64,000 nucleotides of DNA from Chiloscyllium plagiosum (taxonomy: Eukaryota). The notes below the pieces were generated by a model, which searched no databases, was not told the origin of the DNA, and saw nothing but the letters and a program-made list of their open reading frames with translations. Position 1 is the first letter of the stretch. Each line of letters starts with the position of its first letter. The stretch is taken from assembly GCF_004010195.1 (NCBI RefSeq), contig NC_057751.1, positions 10,348,589 to 10,412,588 on the forward strand, given 5' to 3'. The translations under genes were made by a program, and so were the position numbers. Below are positions 51,770-64,000 of this stretch, one piece after another.

Positions 51770-52145
51770 AGACAAAACAAACTGCAGATGCTGGAATCTA
51801 AAGTAGACAGGCAGGAGGCTGGAAGAACACAGCAAGCCAGGCAACATCAGGAGGTGGAGAAATCAACATTTCAGGTGTAACCCTCCTTCAGGACTTGGGG
51901 GTGGGTGTAGCGGGAGGTGCAGATAATAAAGGAGGTGGTGGAGAAAGGTCGTGAAGTAGGGATAGGTACGCTATGCCTGTCTTCACCTATCCCCACTTCA
52001 CTACCCTGCCCCTGCCACCCCCTTTATCTGCAGCTCCCCTGACACCCACCCCCAGTCCTGAAGGAGGGTTACATCTGAAATGTTGACTTCTCCGCCTCCT
52101 GATGTTGCCTGGCTTGCTGTGTTCTTCCAGCCTCCTGTCTGTCTA
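51770..52145. mobile_element. Fold-back PLE-terminus element (third subfamily), arms about 160 bp
   Basis: tagacaggcaggaggctggaagaacacagcaagccaggcaacatcaggagg...gggataggt is mirrored by acctatcccc...cctcctgatgttgcctggcttgctgtgttcttccagcctcctgtctgtcta. Confidence 0.8.
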
Positions 52146-52454
52146 ATCAGCAAATTGGTGTCCAGTGCTGAAATGCCAGTTATTGACCCCATATTTCTGA
52201 GAAACAATTTGTGAATAGTGTGAACAGGACTCAAGAAACAATAAAATCCCCAAATGTGATTCCCCGTTCAGTCATAGAGTCATACAGCATGGAAACAGAC
52301 CCTTTGGCCCAACTCATCCATGCCGACTGGGGATCCTAAACTGAATTACAAGAGAAAAGCAAAGAAATTTATTGTACAAAACAGTGAAAAATTTTATAAG
52401 TCACCCCACTACTCGTCCCATTTGCCTGCATTTGACCCATGTCCCTCTTAATTT

Positions 52455-52812
52455 TGTTTTTCTTTACATCATCAAAAGTCTTCCTTTTCTTAACTATGGC
52501 CCCAGAAAAGTCTTGAAAAAACATTATCCTCGAACTTTTATAAACCAGAGCATGTGCATCTCTTCCCAGTCTTCTGGATGTTTCTATTATTAACTGTTTT
52601 TCTTTATAGTGCTGCAGTCGCACTATAAAGTGGGGTGGGGCGCTGATCTGACCTGGACCTGCGCATCGTGATCCGGTGGGCCCGCTCCGTACTCACCCGG
52701 CCTAACTCGATCTCCAACCCCAGCAACTCCAGGAGCCACCTCTCAAGAAATTCAGCAATGTTTTCGCCCTCCTCACGCTCCAGAAGATCCATGACACGTA
52801 CATTTTCTCTCC
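52455..52812 (-). mobile_element. L1/Tx1-type ORF1 (Transposase_22-like) fragment nested in a CR1 tail (52270-53010)
   Basis: EGENIAEFLERWL...ERAHR...RP and RLQHYKEKQLII...IMFFQDFSGAIVKKRKTFDDVKK are typical L1 ORF1p RRM/CTD words. Confidence 0.7.
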
Positions 52813-54987
52813 GATCTTGGTTGACCTATGTGCCTCTAAACCTTTCCTATTCACGCACGTATCCAAATGTTGGAATTGTACTTGTCTCTGCACTTCCTCT
52901 GGCAGCTCATTCCCTATGTGGCAAAGTTGCCACTCAAGTCTCTCTTAAATTTGTCCCCTATCACCTTAAATCTATGCCTTTGAGTTTTTGACACCTCTAC
53001 CCTTGGAAAAGACTTGAACTGACATTTCGTACTGAAGCTGTACAAGGTGCTGGTGAGGACATCTCTTTATTTTAGGAAAGATATTATTTCATTGGAGGCA
53101 GTTCAGAGAAGGTTCACTAGGTTAATCCCAGGGGTGGAGGAATTGTCTGATGAGCAAATGCTAAACAGTTTGAGACTGTACTTACTGGACTTTAAATGAA
53201 TGAGAGGTGATCTCATTCAATTAAAGAGGATTCTTGTGGGGCTTGATGGGGTAAATGCTGAGAGGATGTTTCCCTCATGGGAGAGTGTCAGAGGGCATCG
53301 TCTCAGAATAACTAAATGAATCAAGGCTGAGATGAGGAGGAATTCCTTGCCACAGAGAACTGTGGGGACAGAGTCCTTGTAGATTTTTGATCAGTCGGGG
53401 AATCAAAGATTTCAGGGAAAGGACAGCAAAGTGGACATGGGAATGTTAAGGAATAAGAAGAGAATAGAAGGATACAGTTCCTTTAAGTGAAGGCAGTTTA
53501 AGTCAGGAAGGGCAAAATGTGCAGGCTTGGAGGGTTGAAGTGCCTGTTCATATGCTTTATCGTTCTTTGGAAGAACATCCATTATCCTGTTGAATAGTGG
53601 AGCAGGTGACGTGCTGAACAACCTACTCCTGTTCTTACTTCTTATGGTTTGATGGTTTTCCCAAGGAAGATCAGAAGTGCAGCACTGGAGCAAGAACTGT
53701 CCAACTGCAGGTGCCAGGCATCAGGTTGTTGAAAATAAATCAACCAAAATAATACTGCAATTTCACCTGAGATGAGAGCACTCACTTCCATTTTCAAAAA
53801 TGGCTGCAGTTTGGACAGCTGGATTCTGGTTCATTCACTGGTGTGATTTCAATATATTTTGATATCATTTATTTTGAACTTGTGAAATATGGGTTAAGGG
53901 TTAACTTGTAAATAGTTATGAAGCCATACTAAATTTGTTTGAAATACACTGCTGTAAGAGAGAAAGAAATACTGCTAGTCGGGTGATGTTGTTTGTTTTC
54001 TTCGGAGCAGTTAGATTTTACCAGAAAAAAAAACTTTAAATAGTGGAGTACATTGTTTTTGGAATGGAGTTGTTTTTGGCTGAAGTGAGACAGCCAACCT
54101 TAAATTGGATATGTCAGTCTTGACTGTCGCTGATATGTAAATCAGTTGTTTGAAAAGAAGGGAGATAGTTTAGAATTGTTAAGAAATAGATTACCTCTAT
54201 GCAAAGTGTTTAGTTTTAAAGTTCCAAACAAGAAGTGCTTGACTAAAACCTGAAGGGGTTATTTAAAACTGACAAAGTCTCAGCTTGATTCTGTGAAGAA
54301 GCGAGGATAAGGTGATAGGATTCTTAAGACACGGAATTGAAGCCGCAACAAAGTCAAACCCTACATTTGATTGAGATGGGAGTTCTGTCTGATGTTTGAG
54401 GAGTGTAAAGGGGTGCTGTTTGCCTCAATGAGAATATAGTTTTCTGTGTGTTTCAAGATCTTTACCTTTGTGTTGTATAAATAGTTTGGTTTATTCACGT
54501 TTGTCTTCATTTCTTTTGTGTAACAAGCTTCTGTTTTATTGCTAAAAACAATTCTGTATTGTTTCATGCTTGCATTTCAGTGGAAGATCATCTCATTAAA
54601 ACCAAAAACAAAACAAAACAAAAAATTAACTTTCAAGCCAGATTTTGGTCTGAGAACCAACCTATCAAGTAATAACATTGGTTGGGATCATGACTCTTTG
54701 TATTTTTGCTCCATATCGACCCAGGGCCCAGGACAATGTGTTTAGGTCATCAGATTGGGGCAGGAGACGAGGGATCTAGGCAGGAGCACCACTGGGGACC
54801 ATGATTTCTGTCTCTGCCCTGCCTGGACCTCTTCCTACTCACCTTCACCTCATCCAATCAAAATATCATTCTATTTGCTTCCTTCATTATGTACTCATTG
54901 AACGTCCCCCCAAATGCACCTGTACTAGTTTCTTCAACTCCGTCTTTTGTTGTCAAATTCCCTTTCAAAGTATTCTGTATAAAAAGG

Positions 54988-55740
54988 TGTTACGATGCGG
55001 CAGTGAAACCTTCTGCTAATTAAACCAAACACCCAGAAAAGATCACCTTGCCTCATAATCTGTTAAAGTATGAGTGATAGAGAACTCCCAAATTCCACTA
55101 TTTAAAGAAAAAATATCAATTTATTCTTTAACTCTAAAAGTGAACATTAAACAACAACTATTTACAACTCTGAGCCTCCTTTCTCTTCGATGCTTGTTAT
55201 CTGCCTCCAACTCTCTAATGATACACTGTTCCAAGAAAAGCCCGTATTAAAATTACATCAACTTAATTTTAAAACCATATAGCAGCTGTTGTCTGTGTCT
55301 GTCTCCCTCTGGTTGAAGATTTCCCTGGGACGTCTTAGGGTCTTTTGCTGCAGAGATGTTTCATTTGAAAAAGGTACCTTTGATAAAGAGTGTTTTACTG
55401 GCAGTTACTCTGTCAATGGCAGTTGGTCTCACTTCTAACTTTCAAAATGTCTGCTTTTTATACTCCTAACATCGGATCGTTTCATTGGTTCAAGATTGGG
55501 AAAAACAATAAATTCAAACTTCTTTGGGTTTTACTATCCTGGGGGATAATTTAATCCAATTGGCTACATTTGAATGGTTGTCAAAACAGCAACCAAAACT
55601 CAGGTATTTATTTCACAGCCAATGTTACATATTTTCAATTTTCCAGTACTCTCTGAGACTGCTAGTTAGTCACATTACAGGTGCCTGCAAGCTCTTGGTG
55701 CAAAACAGCTTTCACTCTCTCTTAAAGGTACAATACATGC
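54988..55740 (-). repeat. Solo-LTR-like repeat
   Basis: Minus strand ends ...gcatcgTAACA, with CCAAT words and composition like the other LTR-like repeats here. No internal genes. Confidence 0.4.
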
Positions 55741-57099
55741 ATTGCTGAATTTCTCTTAGTGAAGTGACTGTTCTTTTTATGATCACAAGTGCTGGTTTCC
55801 TCAAAAATTAGAAACATCTTTTTGAGTTTTACTTTGTAAAATCCTCCCTTCATCGTAAAAAGCTCTATCAGGTCATGCTTCTGTGTCTTTCTGCAAAGAA
55901 ACTATTGCAACTTGTCCAATCTTTCATGTTAAATGTAATCTCCCAGGTCTGGTTTCATTCTGGTCAATAGTTTTTGCATCTTTTCCACTATGCGTTTGAT
56001 AAAATGATAGCACAACTATTCACATTGTTCTCAGGATGGTCTAAACAAAGTTCTCAGTAAAGTTAATGTAATGTTGCTGCTTTTGAAGTGTATCTCTCTG
56101 GAGATGAGCTCAGTGCTTTTTTAAAAACTGGCTTTATTAGCCTGTGTGACTGTTTGTTTGTTGAAATTTATGCCCAGATCTCTCTACTGCTCCTCGGCCA
56201 CATTAATTGTCAAAGGAGTTTGTAGCCTCCTCATTCTTTTTGCCCTTATATTACCTTGCTATCTCTTTAGAAGAGGTTTGCTATTTACATACCCACCTTG
56301 CAAGTTTAGCAATATCTTCTGCGACAGTAATATACATGATTCTTGGAACTGTTTATGCTGAAGAAAGATCTGTCAGTTTTGCCACTATCTCCAGTTAAAT
56401 ATTTTCACAGCTTTCATCAATGTATTTAGAAAGAAGAAGCAGAAATTTGAAGTAAAATTAGAAAACTGAAGACATAGAAATTAGTTTAAACCTGAGAACA
56501 GTTGATCTTGGAATACATGAATTTCCTGATTTAATTACTTTTCCTGATAGTGATTTATTTTGAACGAGAAAGGCACTAACTGCATTCCAAGAAGAAGGTG
56601 CTGTACCACGTAGGCCTTAGGAAATTAATCTCTCCTGTCATCTGTTCCAGGCTAATTGATCTGCAATATGAAATATTTCAAGAACCAAACAAAGACAAAA
56701 TCAAATGCATCTGATAAGAATCTGAATAACTGTTAATTGTTTTGTATTGAACTTGCTGATGTTCAACTTGCTCACTTCACTGGGGTATGATTCACGAGAC
56801 ACAAAGGCCTGAATCTTATGTTCGTTTAGATAAGTGCTTTGAATTTTTTGAAGCGATTCTCTCCACAATGCTCAGTGAAATTTCTTATTGCATCTTCATA
56901 AGTCCCTCACATCTAGCCCAATTTTATCATGTGTAATTCCCAGAACTATTTGCTACTCACTTGATATCCCAGAATTCACAGGCATCCCTTGAACCTGTGC
57001 TGTCTTTAAGAGCATCCAGACAAACACTGTCAGTCCAGAGTTACCCTGCACCCTTCCTGATGTTTGCCACAGACAGAAGAAAATTGGCACCCCACTTTG

Positions 57100-57290
57100 C
57101 AGGCAGGGATCTGTTGCAGACATGAGATGTCCTCTTCCCCCAGGACCAGCAGTGGAGACCATGATACCAAACCATGACATCCTTATTTGAGGTTGCTAAC
57201 GAGGTCAATGTGCCCTCAGCAATGGGGAGACATGCCCAGCAATGTAGAAAGTAGGTCAATGACCTTTTCCACTCCATCAGCATAAGTGCC
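57100..57290 (+). mobile_element. Harbinger Myb/SANT-like ORF relic
   Basis: 57189-57269 reads EVANEVNVPSAMGRHAQQCRK*VNDLF, like the W.EVA..VN...R...QCRK..NDL motif of Harbinger DNA-binding proteins. Confidence 0.55.
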
Positions 57291-57349
57291 TTCATCTTCG
57301 CTCCAATACCTCGCAATCACTTTATTTCAACTGCTGTAACCCATAGGGA

Positions 57350-59140
57350 AGGCAAATAAAATATTGACTTTTATTTCAAAGACAATGGAATATAAAAGTA
57401 GGGAGGTTTTGCTAAAACTGTATAAGACAGTAGTCAGACCACAGTTGGAATATTGGGAACAGTTTTGGTCTCCTTGTCCAAGGAAAGATGTCCTGGCATT
57501 GACACAGTCCAGAGAGGTTCACTCCATTGACACCAGGCATGGAGGGATTCTGTATTAATGGAGAGGTTGAATAGGTTAGGCCTGTATTCATTGGAGTTTC
57601 GAAGAATGAGAAACCATCTTATTAAAACAGACAGGATTCTGAGGGGACATAGAGTCATAGAGATGTACAGCATGGAAACACACCCTTCAGTCCAACCCGT
57701 CCATGCTGATCAGATATCCCACCTGCCAGCACCTGGCCCATATCCCACCAAACCCTTCCGATTCATATAGCCATCCAAATGCCTCTTAAATGTTGCAATT
57801 GTACCAGCCTCCACCACTTCCCTCTGGCAGCTCATTCCATACACTCTGTGTGAAAAAATTGCCCCGTAGGTCTCTTTTATATTTTCCCCTCTCACCCTAA
57901 ACCTATGTCCTCTAGTTCTGGAATCCCCAAAAAGGGAAAAGACTTTGCCCAATAAAGGAAAGCATACCAAACACCTTCTTCACTATCCTCTCTACCTGTG
58001 ACTCCACTTTCAAGGAGCTACGAACCTGCACTCCAAGGTCTCTTTGTTCAACAACACTCCTGAGGACCTTACCATTAAGTGTAATAAGTCCTGCTAAGAT
58101 TTGCTTTCCCAAAATGCAGCACCTCGCATTTATCTAAATTAAACTCCATCTGCGACTTCTCAGCCCATCTGGTCCAGATCCTGTTGTCACCTGAGATAAC
58201 CCTCTTTGCTGTCCATTACACCTCCAATTTTGGTGTCATCTGCAAACTTACTAACTGTACCACTTATGCTCACATCCAAATCATCTAGGTAAATGACAAA
58301 AAGTAGAGGAACAAGCATCGATCCTTGTGGCACTGAACATGATGGGGAGATGCAGAAAGTTTGTTTTCCCTTTAGATCGTAAGAAATAGGAACTGGAGTT
58401 GGCTGTTCAGCCACTCAAGCCTGCTGTGCTATTCAATGGGATCATCCTACATGGCTGATCCTACATTCCTTACATCCACTTTCTGGTGATTCATTGACTG
58501 ATCAAGAATCTTATCTATCTCAGCCTTAATTATATTCAAGGACTGTGCTCCCACAACTCTCTGGTGAGGATTCCAAACACTCTCAGCTCTGAGAGAAAAG
58601 TAATTCCTCCTTCTCAGTCTTAAATTGTCAGCCCCTTACTTCTGAAATTATGTCCTCTGTCCGAGGGGAATTGTCCCATGAGGGGAATTATCCTCTCAGT
58701 ATTTAGTCTTTAAGAACCTGATATGTTTTATGAGATCACCTTCATTCTTCAAAACTCCAGTGAGTGGAGTCCCAATCTGTTTACCCTTTGCTGATAAGAC
58801 AATCCCTCCATACTGGGGATCAACCAGTGAAATAAATCTTTCCTGAAATCAGGGGACCAAAACTGCTCACAGTATTCCAAATATGCTGTCACCAGAACTT
58901 TGTACAATTGCAGTAGGACTTCCCTACTCTTATAGCCCAACTCCTTTGAAATTATGTCAACATTCCATTTGCCTTCCTGATTAGCTCTAGCCCCGTGTGC
59001 TAGCTTTTAATGTTTCATGCAAATACCTGCAAGTCCCTTGGTTGTAGTTTTCTGTATTTTTTTTTAATCCTATTTAAATGATTCTCATCTTTTGTTCTCC
59101 CTTCTAAACTGAACAAATTCACATTTTCCATCTTAGACGC
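57350..59140. mobile_element. Cluster of CR1 LINE fragments (about 57350-57650 +, 57650-58335 -, 58380-59140 -)
   Basis: LYKTVVRPQLEYWEQFWSP, VPQGSMLVPLLFVIYLDDL...SKFADDTKIG and YLEYCEQFWSP. Confidence 0.85.
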
Positions 59141-59142
59141 TA

Positions 59143-59483
59143 ATTGCCAACTTTTTGCCTGTCAGTATTTTTCTGTAAACTGTTTATATCCTTCTCTTAA
59201 TCTCTCTGTACAAGTGACAACTGAACTGAAATAAGCAGTTTCCCACTTATTTCCTCTATTGCCAACTTTTTGCCTGTCAGTATTTTTCTGTAAACTGTTT
59301 ATATCCTTCTCTTAATCTCTCTGTACAAGTACATTCCTGAAGAAGGGCTAATGCCCGAAACGTCGATTTTCCTGTTCCCTAGATGCTGCCTGACCTGCTG
59401 CGCTTTTCCAGCAACACATTTCCATCTCTCTGTACAAGTGACAACTGAACTGAAATAAGCAGTTTCCCACTTATTTCCTCTAT
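59143..59483 (+). repeat. 115-bp tandem duplication whose second copy holds a 93-bp PLE-terminus insertion (59331-59423)
   Basis: The unit starts attgccaact at 59143 and 59258. The insertion is flanked by atctctctgtacaagt at 59315-59330 and 59424-59439. Confidence 0.9.
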
Positions 59484-59734
59484 GCATTACATACGATGGT
59501 GTGCACAATTGGGAATTTCTTTGTTCAGTCATGGGATGTGGGTGTTGTTGGCTGGGTCAGCATCTATTGCCTTTCCCTCGTTGCCCTTAAGAACGTGGTG
59601 GTGAGCTTTCTTCTTAAACTACTGCAGTACATGTGCTTTTGGCAGACACACAGGGAAGAAATTCCAGAACTTTGACTCAGCCATGTAATGATGAAGAGTG
59701 GTGTTGGAAGGAAACTTGTAGGGATTCCATAGAA

Positions 59735-60028
59735 TTCATGGAACCCCTACAATGTGGAAATAGGCTGTTCGGCCATTGGGTCCACACCGACTCTCTGAAG
59801 AGCATCCCCACCCCGATGCTGTTCCTGTAACACCACATTTCCGGTGGTTAATCCACCTAGCCTGCACATCTTTGCACTGTGGGAGGAAACCAGAGCGCCC
59901 AGAAGAACCCCACGCAGACACAGGAAGAACATGCAAACTACATATGGTCACCCAAGGGTGGGATTGATCCTGAGTCCCTGCTGTTGTAAGGCAGCAGTGC
60001 TGAGCACTGAGCCACCGAGCCACCCCGT
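59735..60028 (-). mobile_element. HE1-like V-SINE inserted in an older LINE tail
   Basis: Homologous to 4905-5204. Confidence 0.85.
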
Positions 60029-62129
60029 GCTGGTGTTCCCATATGTCGGCTTCCATTACCCTTGTTGATGGAAGTGGTTGTGGATTTAGAAGCTGTTGTC
60101 TCAGGATCTATGGTGAATTTCTGCAGTGCGTCTTGTTGATAGACTGCTGCTGAGTGTTGGTAGTAGAGGGAGTAGATGCTTGTGGATGTGGTGCCAGTCA
60201 AGTGTCAAGCTTTGTCCTGGTTTGTATTAAGCTTTTTGAATGTTACTAGAGCTGCACCTGTCCAGGCAAGTGTAAGTATTCCATTACACTCCTGACTTGT
60301 GTCATGTAGATGATGGACCAACTTTGGGGAGTCGGGAAGTGAGTTTCTCGCTGCAGTATTCCTGGCCTGTGATCTGTTCTTGTAGCCATTGTATTTATAT
60401 AGTGAGTCTAGTTGATTTTCTGGTCAATGGTCACCCTGGGATGTTGACAGAGGGGGCTTCAGTGATGGTAACACTGTTAAATGTCATGGGGTGGTAGTTA
60501 TACAGGCATTTGTGTGGCATTAATGTCACACAGGGATAAGAGTTTTAAGTAGTTGTGCCATATGCCGATGGTTCATAACAGTTTACTCGCATTTAGAATC
60601 TGTTTGTTTGTCATAAACAGCAGCTCTGTTAAGGATTGAAACCTACTCTATGCTTTCTTTCAGCCTGGGTTTAGAGTTCAGATATAATGATCCCAGGTTC
60701 AGTGGCGGGCCTTGGCAGGACATGTGCGTCAACTCCATTTCACTCTTTAGGGCTCTCGTGGTGCAGTGGTTGTTTCTCTATCTCTGAGCCAGGAGGTTGG
60801 AGTTGAAGTCCCACTTTTTTTCATTCATTCACAGGATATAGATGTTGCTGGCCAGGCCAGTATTTATTGCCAAGAGGGCAGTTGAGAGTCAGCCACATTG
60901 TTATAGGTCTGGAGTCACCTGTAGCCCTGGCTAGGTAAGGGTGACAGCTTTTCTTCCCTGAAGGACATTAGTGAATGAGCTGGGATTTTGCCCAAGAATC
61001 GGCAATGGTTCCTAGGTTCTTCATTAGTCTCTGCCATTGGTGGGATTTGAATCCAGGATTTGACATTCCCTGGGTCTCCCATTTAATCGACCACTGACAG
61101 TACCAGGAGGCCACAGCTTCCCCTAACTGCACAGGTGTGTCACAGTGTGTATGAATAAGTTGATAAATAATATCTATTGGCATTTTGTTGCCATGTGGCA
61201 TACCTGACAGATAAAACTGGACAGGGTGCTGATCACTTTATGGGGAGAGGGGAGAGATTTTCTCACTAAAAAGCTGATTGCCCCACTGCCTCACTTTACC
61301 TGAGGCTTCTAAGCTGGGAAACATGCCCAGCCTCTGAAAATCACTTACCTTTATCCTGGATTCTGTTCTACCAATGGCCATGGTCTCCTCTGGGTTTCTT
61401 CTATGTATAAGACTTATCAGATTGGAATTAACCACTGTTGCCTAATGGGTGGGATATCTACCCCTACGATCATCAGTCTTGGGGGAGGCTTGCCAATGGT
61501 CTCACTAATGCCTTTACTGACATGTCAGTTGTCATGCCTTCCATTGAAGGAGACTGTATGGATCACTTGCTGGCTCTCCTGCTGACTGACAAGACTCGGG
61601 CTGTCTCAACAAGATTTTGCTCATATTTGAGCCTTGTGGTGAAGGTCGGCAGACAGATTCGCCACATGCAGTATAACTGACAGTTTCAATCATTTTCAAG
61701 AACGTACTCTTTTTCATTCCAGAAAATATCTTCATTTTTACTTCAAAATGGGATTTTCCTTGATGTGTGTTTCACTAAGATGGCACTATATTGTCATTGT
61801 ACCTGTTCCAAAATGCCCATCCAACCGTTTCTTCAGTGCTGACCACCTGATGTGAAAGATTGAGTAAAATGTCTGAACTTAGGCAAAGAACTTAAATTGA
61901 AGGTATCTGAGTTCATCTTAGATTTGAGTTTGTGTGTTCTGTTCCCCTTGAATCTTTTTTGCTCAACAGGTTACTTGTTCCTTTTCACTCAAAGTTCTGA
62001 ACCAGGTTTGAACAGTTTGACTGGGCTCTCCTCTACCTAAAGGAATATTAGCCATAATGTGGAGGTGGAGGAGAAAGTGAGGACTGCAGATGCTGGAGAT
62101 CAGAGCTGAAAATGTGTTGCTGGAAGTGT

Positions 62130-62772
62130 TGAATTGGGGTGGACAAAGTTAAAAATCACACAACATCAGAGGTTTATTTGCAAATACAACCTTTTAGAGC
62201 ACTGGTCCTTTGTCAGGTAGCTAGTGGAGCAGGATCATAGGACACAGAATTTATTGCGAAAGATCGAAGTTTCTTTCAACTGATGCAATGTATAGAACAA
62301 ACCTCGATTGCTCTTAAGTCTTTAATCACTTAGAATGGAGACAAAGCACACAATCTGTCAGCAGTCAGTCCATGTGACATTTGATTAATGCCTACTTTGG
62401 AAATAGAACCAACCTGACTTAAGGTTGGGATACAGTCAGACTCTAATCTCATACTTTTAATGCATTGTCTGAGCTGATATGTCACCTTTTCTTTTTAAAC
62501 CTTAAGTTATCTCGGGAATCTGACTTGAAAGAAGTTCTGGGATTTACATATTAATGAACTGAAACCTGCAACCCTATTCTAAGTGATTAAAGATTTAACA
62601 GCAATCTAGGTTTGTTTAATACATTACATCAGTCGTATGGCACTTTGATCCTTTACTATAAATTCTGTATCCTATGATGTTGCCCCACCAGCCACAAAGG
62701 AGCAATGCTCCGAAAGCTTGTACTTCCAAATAAACCTGTTGGACTGTAATCTGATGTGTGTGATTTTTAACT
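62130..62772. mobile_element. PLE second-family remnant with inverted arms (about 62148-62338 and 62574-62772)
   Basis: tgatgcaatgtatagaacaaacctcgattg...aatcacttagaat is mirrored by attctaagtgatt...aatacattacatca. Homologous to 2790-3030. Confidence 0.65.
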
Positions 62773-63149
62773 AAAGAAATGTTGGTTCACTCAGCAAATG
62801 GTCAGCAATACTGTCGATAGCTTTGTGACAGATTCACTTGTCAAATGACTGAGCTCAGCCTTGAAGAAATCCTCCTGATTCCACTCAGATTGAGCTAATT
62901 GTTTTTGGATGATTGGAAATAATGATGTCAGCATACCATCTCTGCAAGTCTTGAATAAGCTTTGGCATAAAAGTGCTTCACACTGGTTTCTGAGTGATGA
63001 TAGACCATTTTTATTTCTTTTCATTCATGGGATGTGGACGTTGCTGGCAAGGTTAGTAAGTATTGCTTATCCCTAATTGCCCTTAACAGGGTGCTAAAAT
63101 GCCTTCCTGAACCTTGGTAGTTTGTGTGTCAAAATTCCCACAGTGCTAA

Positions 63150-63700
63150 GAGAAAGTGAGGACTGCAGATGCTGGAGATCAGAGTGGAGAGTGTGGTGCT
63201 GGAAAAGCACAGCAGGTCAGGCAGCATCAGAGGAGCAGGAGAATCAATGTTTCAGGCAAAAGCTGTTCATCAGGAATGAGGCTGTGAGCTGAGGGGATGG
63301 TGAGATAAATGGGAGGGGGTTGGGGCTGGAGGAAGGAATGTGAGAGTGCAATCAGTAGCTGGAGTTGGGGGTTGTGGTGATAGGTCGGAGAGGAGGGTGG
63401 AGCAGATAAGTGGGAAGGAAGATGGTCAGGTAGGACAGGTCATGAGGATGGTGCTGAGTTGGAACTGGGATAAGGTTGGGGGAAGGGGAAATGAGGAAAC
63501 TGGTGATGTCCACATTGATAACGTGTGGTTGGAGGGTCCCAAGGCAGAAGATGACGTGTCGTTCCTCCAGGCGTCGAGTGGTAAGGTGTGGCGATGGAGG
63601 AGGCCCAAGACCTGCATGTCCATGGTGGAGTGGGAGGGGGAGTAGCAGTGTTTGGCCATGGGACGGAGGGGTTGGTGTCCCAGAGATGTTCTCTGAAGGA
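63150..63700 (-). mobile_element. PLE 3' part
   Basis: SPSHSTMDMQVLGLLH plus terminus; collinear with 30729-31300. Confidence 0.8.
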
Positions 63701-63834
63701 CAGAACCCCAGAACAGAATACTTATCGAAAAGGCAGGGAGGTGAGCAGAGGGGGTGGGGTTGCCTTGTCAGTTAAGTTGGTTGGTGTGGGTGTCCCAGAG
63801 ATGTTCTCTGAAGGACAGAACCCCAGAACAGAAT

Positions 63835-64000
63835 ACTTATCGAAAAGACAGGGAGGTGAGCAGAGGGGGTGGGTTGCCTTGTCAGTTAAGGATGAAATTA
63901 AATCTATGACATTGAATGACATAGGGTCAGATGATTTGGAGTCTGTGTGGATGGAGTTGAGGAACCACAAAGGCAAAAAAACCATAATGGGAGTTATGTA
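63835..64000 (+). mobile_element. CR1 APE endonuclease fragment running off the window
   Basis: YRKDREVSRGG.VALSVKDEIK...ESVWMELRNHKGKKTIMGV. Confidence 0.75.

Noticed and set aside
59143..59483. CRISPR-like repeat-spacer pattern
   Set aside because: Only a two-copy tandem duplication plus a TSD in vertebrate DNA; no array and no cas genes.

Overview
Eukaryotic, repeat-rich vertebrate DNA. HE1-like V-SINEs, HER1/CR1 LINE tails, Deu-domain SINEs and abundant Penelope-like elements (PLEs) point to a shark or other elasmobranch; this is an inference. Two host genes are supportable, both on the minus strand. One is an intronless alpha-2B adrenergic receptor (ADRA2B, 27122-28390). The other is a three-exon, divergent TMEM86A-like lysoplasmalogenase (YhhN family, 46577-51376, 230 aa) that I reconstructed from splice sites. 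The rest is mostly decayed mobile DNA: CR1, L2, RTE and L1-clade LINE pieces, PLEs, solo-LTR-like repeats and PIF/Harbinger relics. The most notable non-gene signal is a set of minimal hammerhead-ribozyme-like motifs in several PLE terminal-repeat families, with covarying stems. These termini also occur as tiny stand-alone or fold-back units with target-site duplications (TSDs), one beside its own empty-site copy. I see no evidence for a wholly new multi-gene system. Repeat boundaries are approximate and family names come from motif recognition, not database searches.
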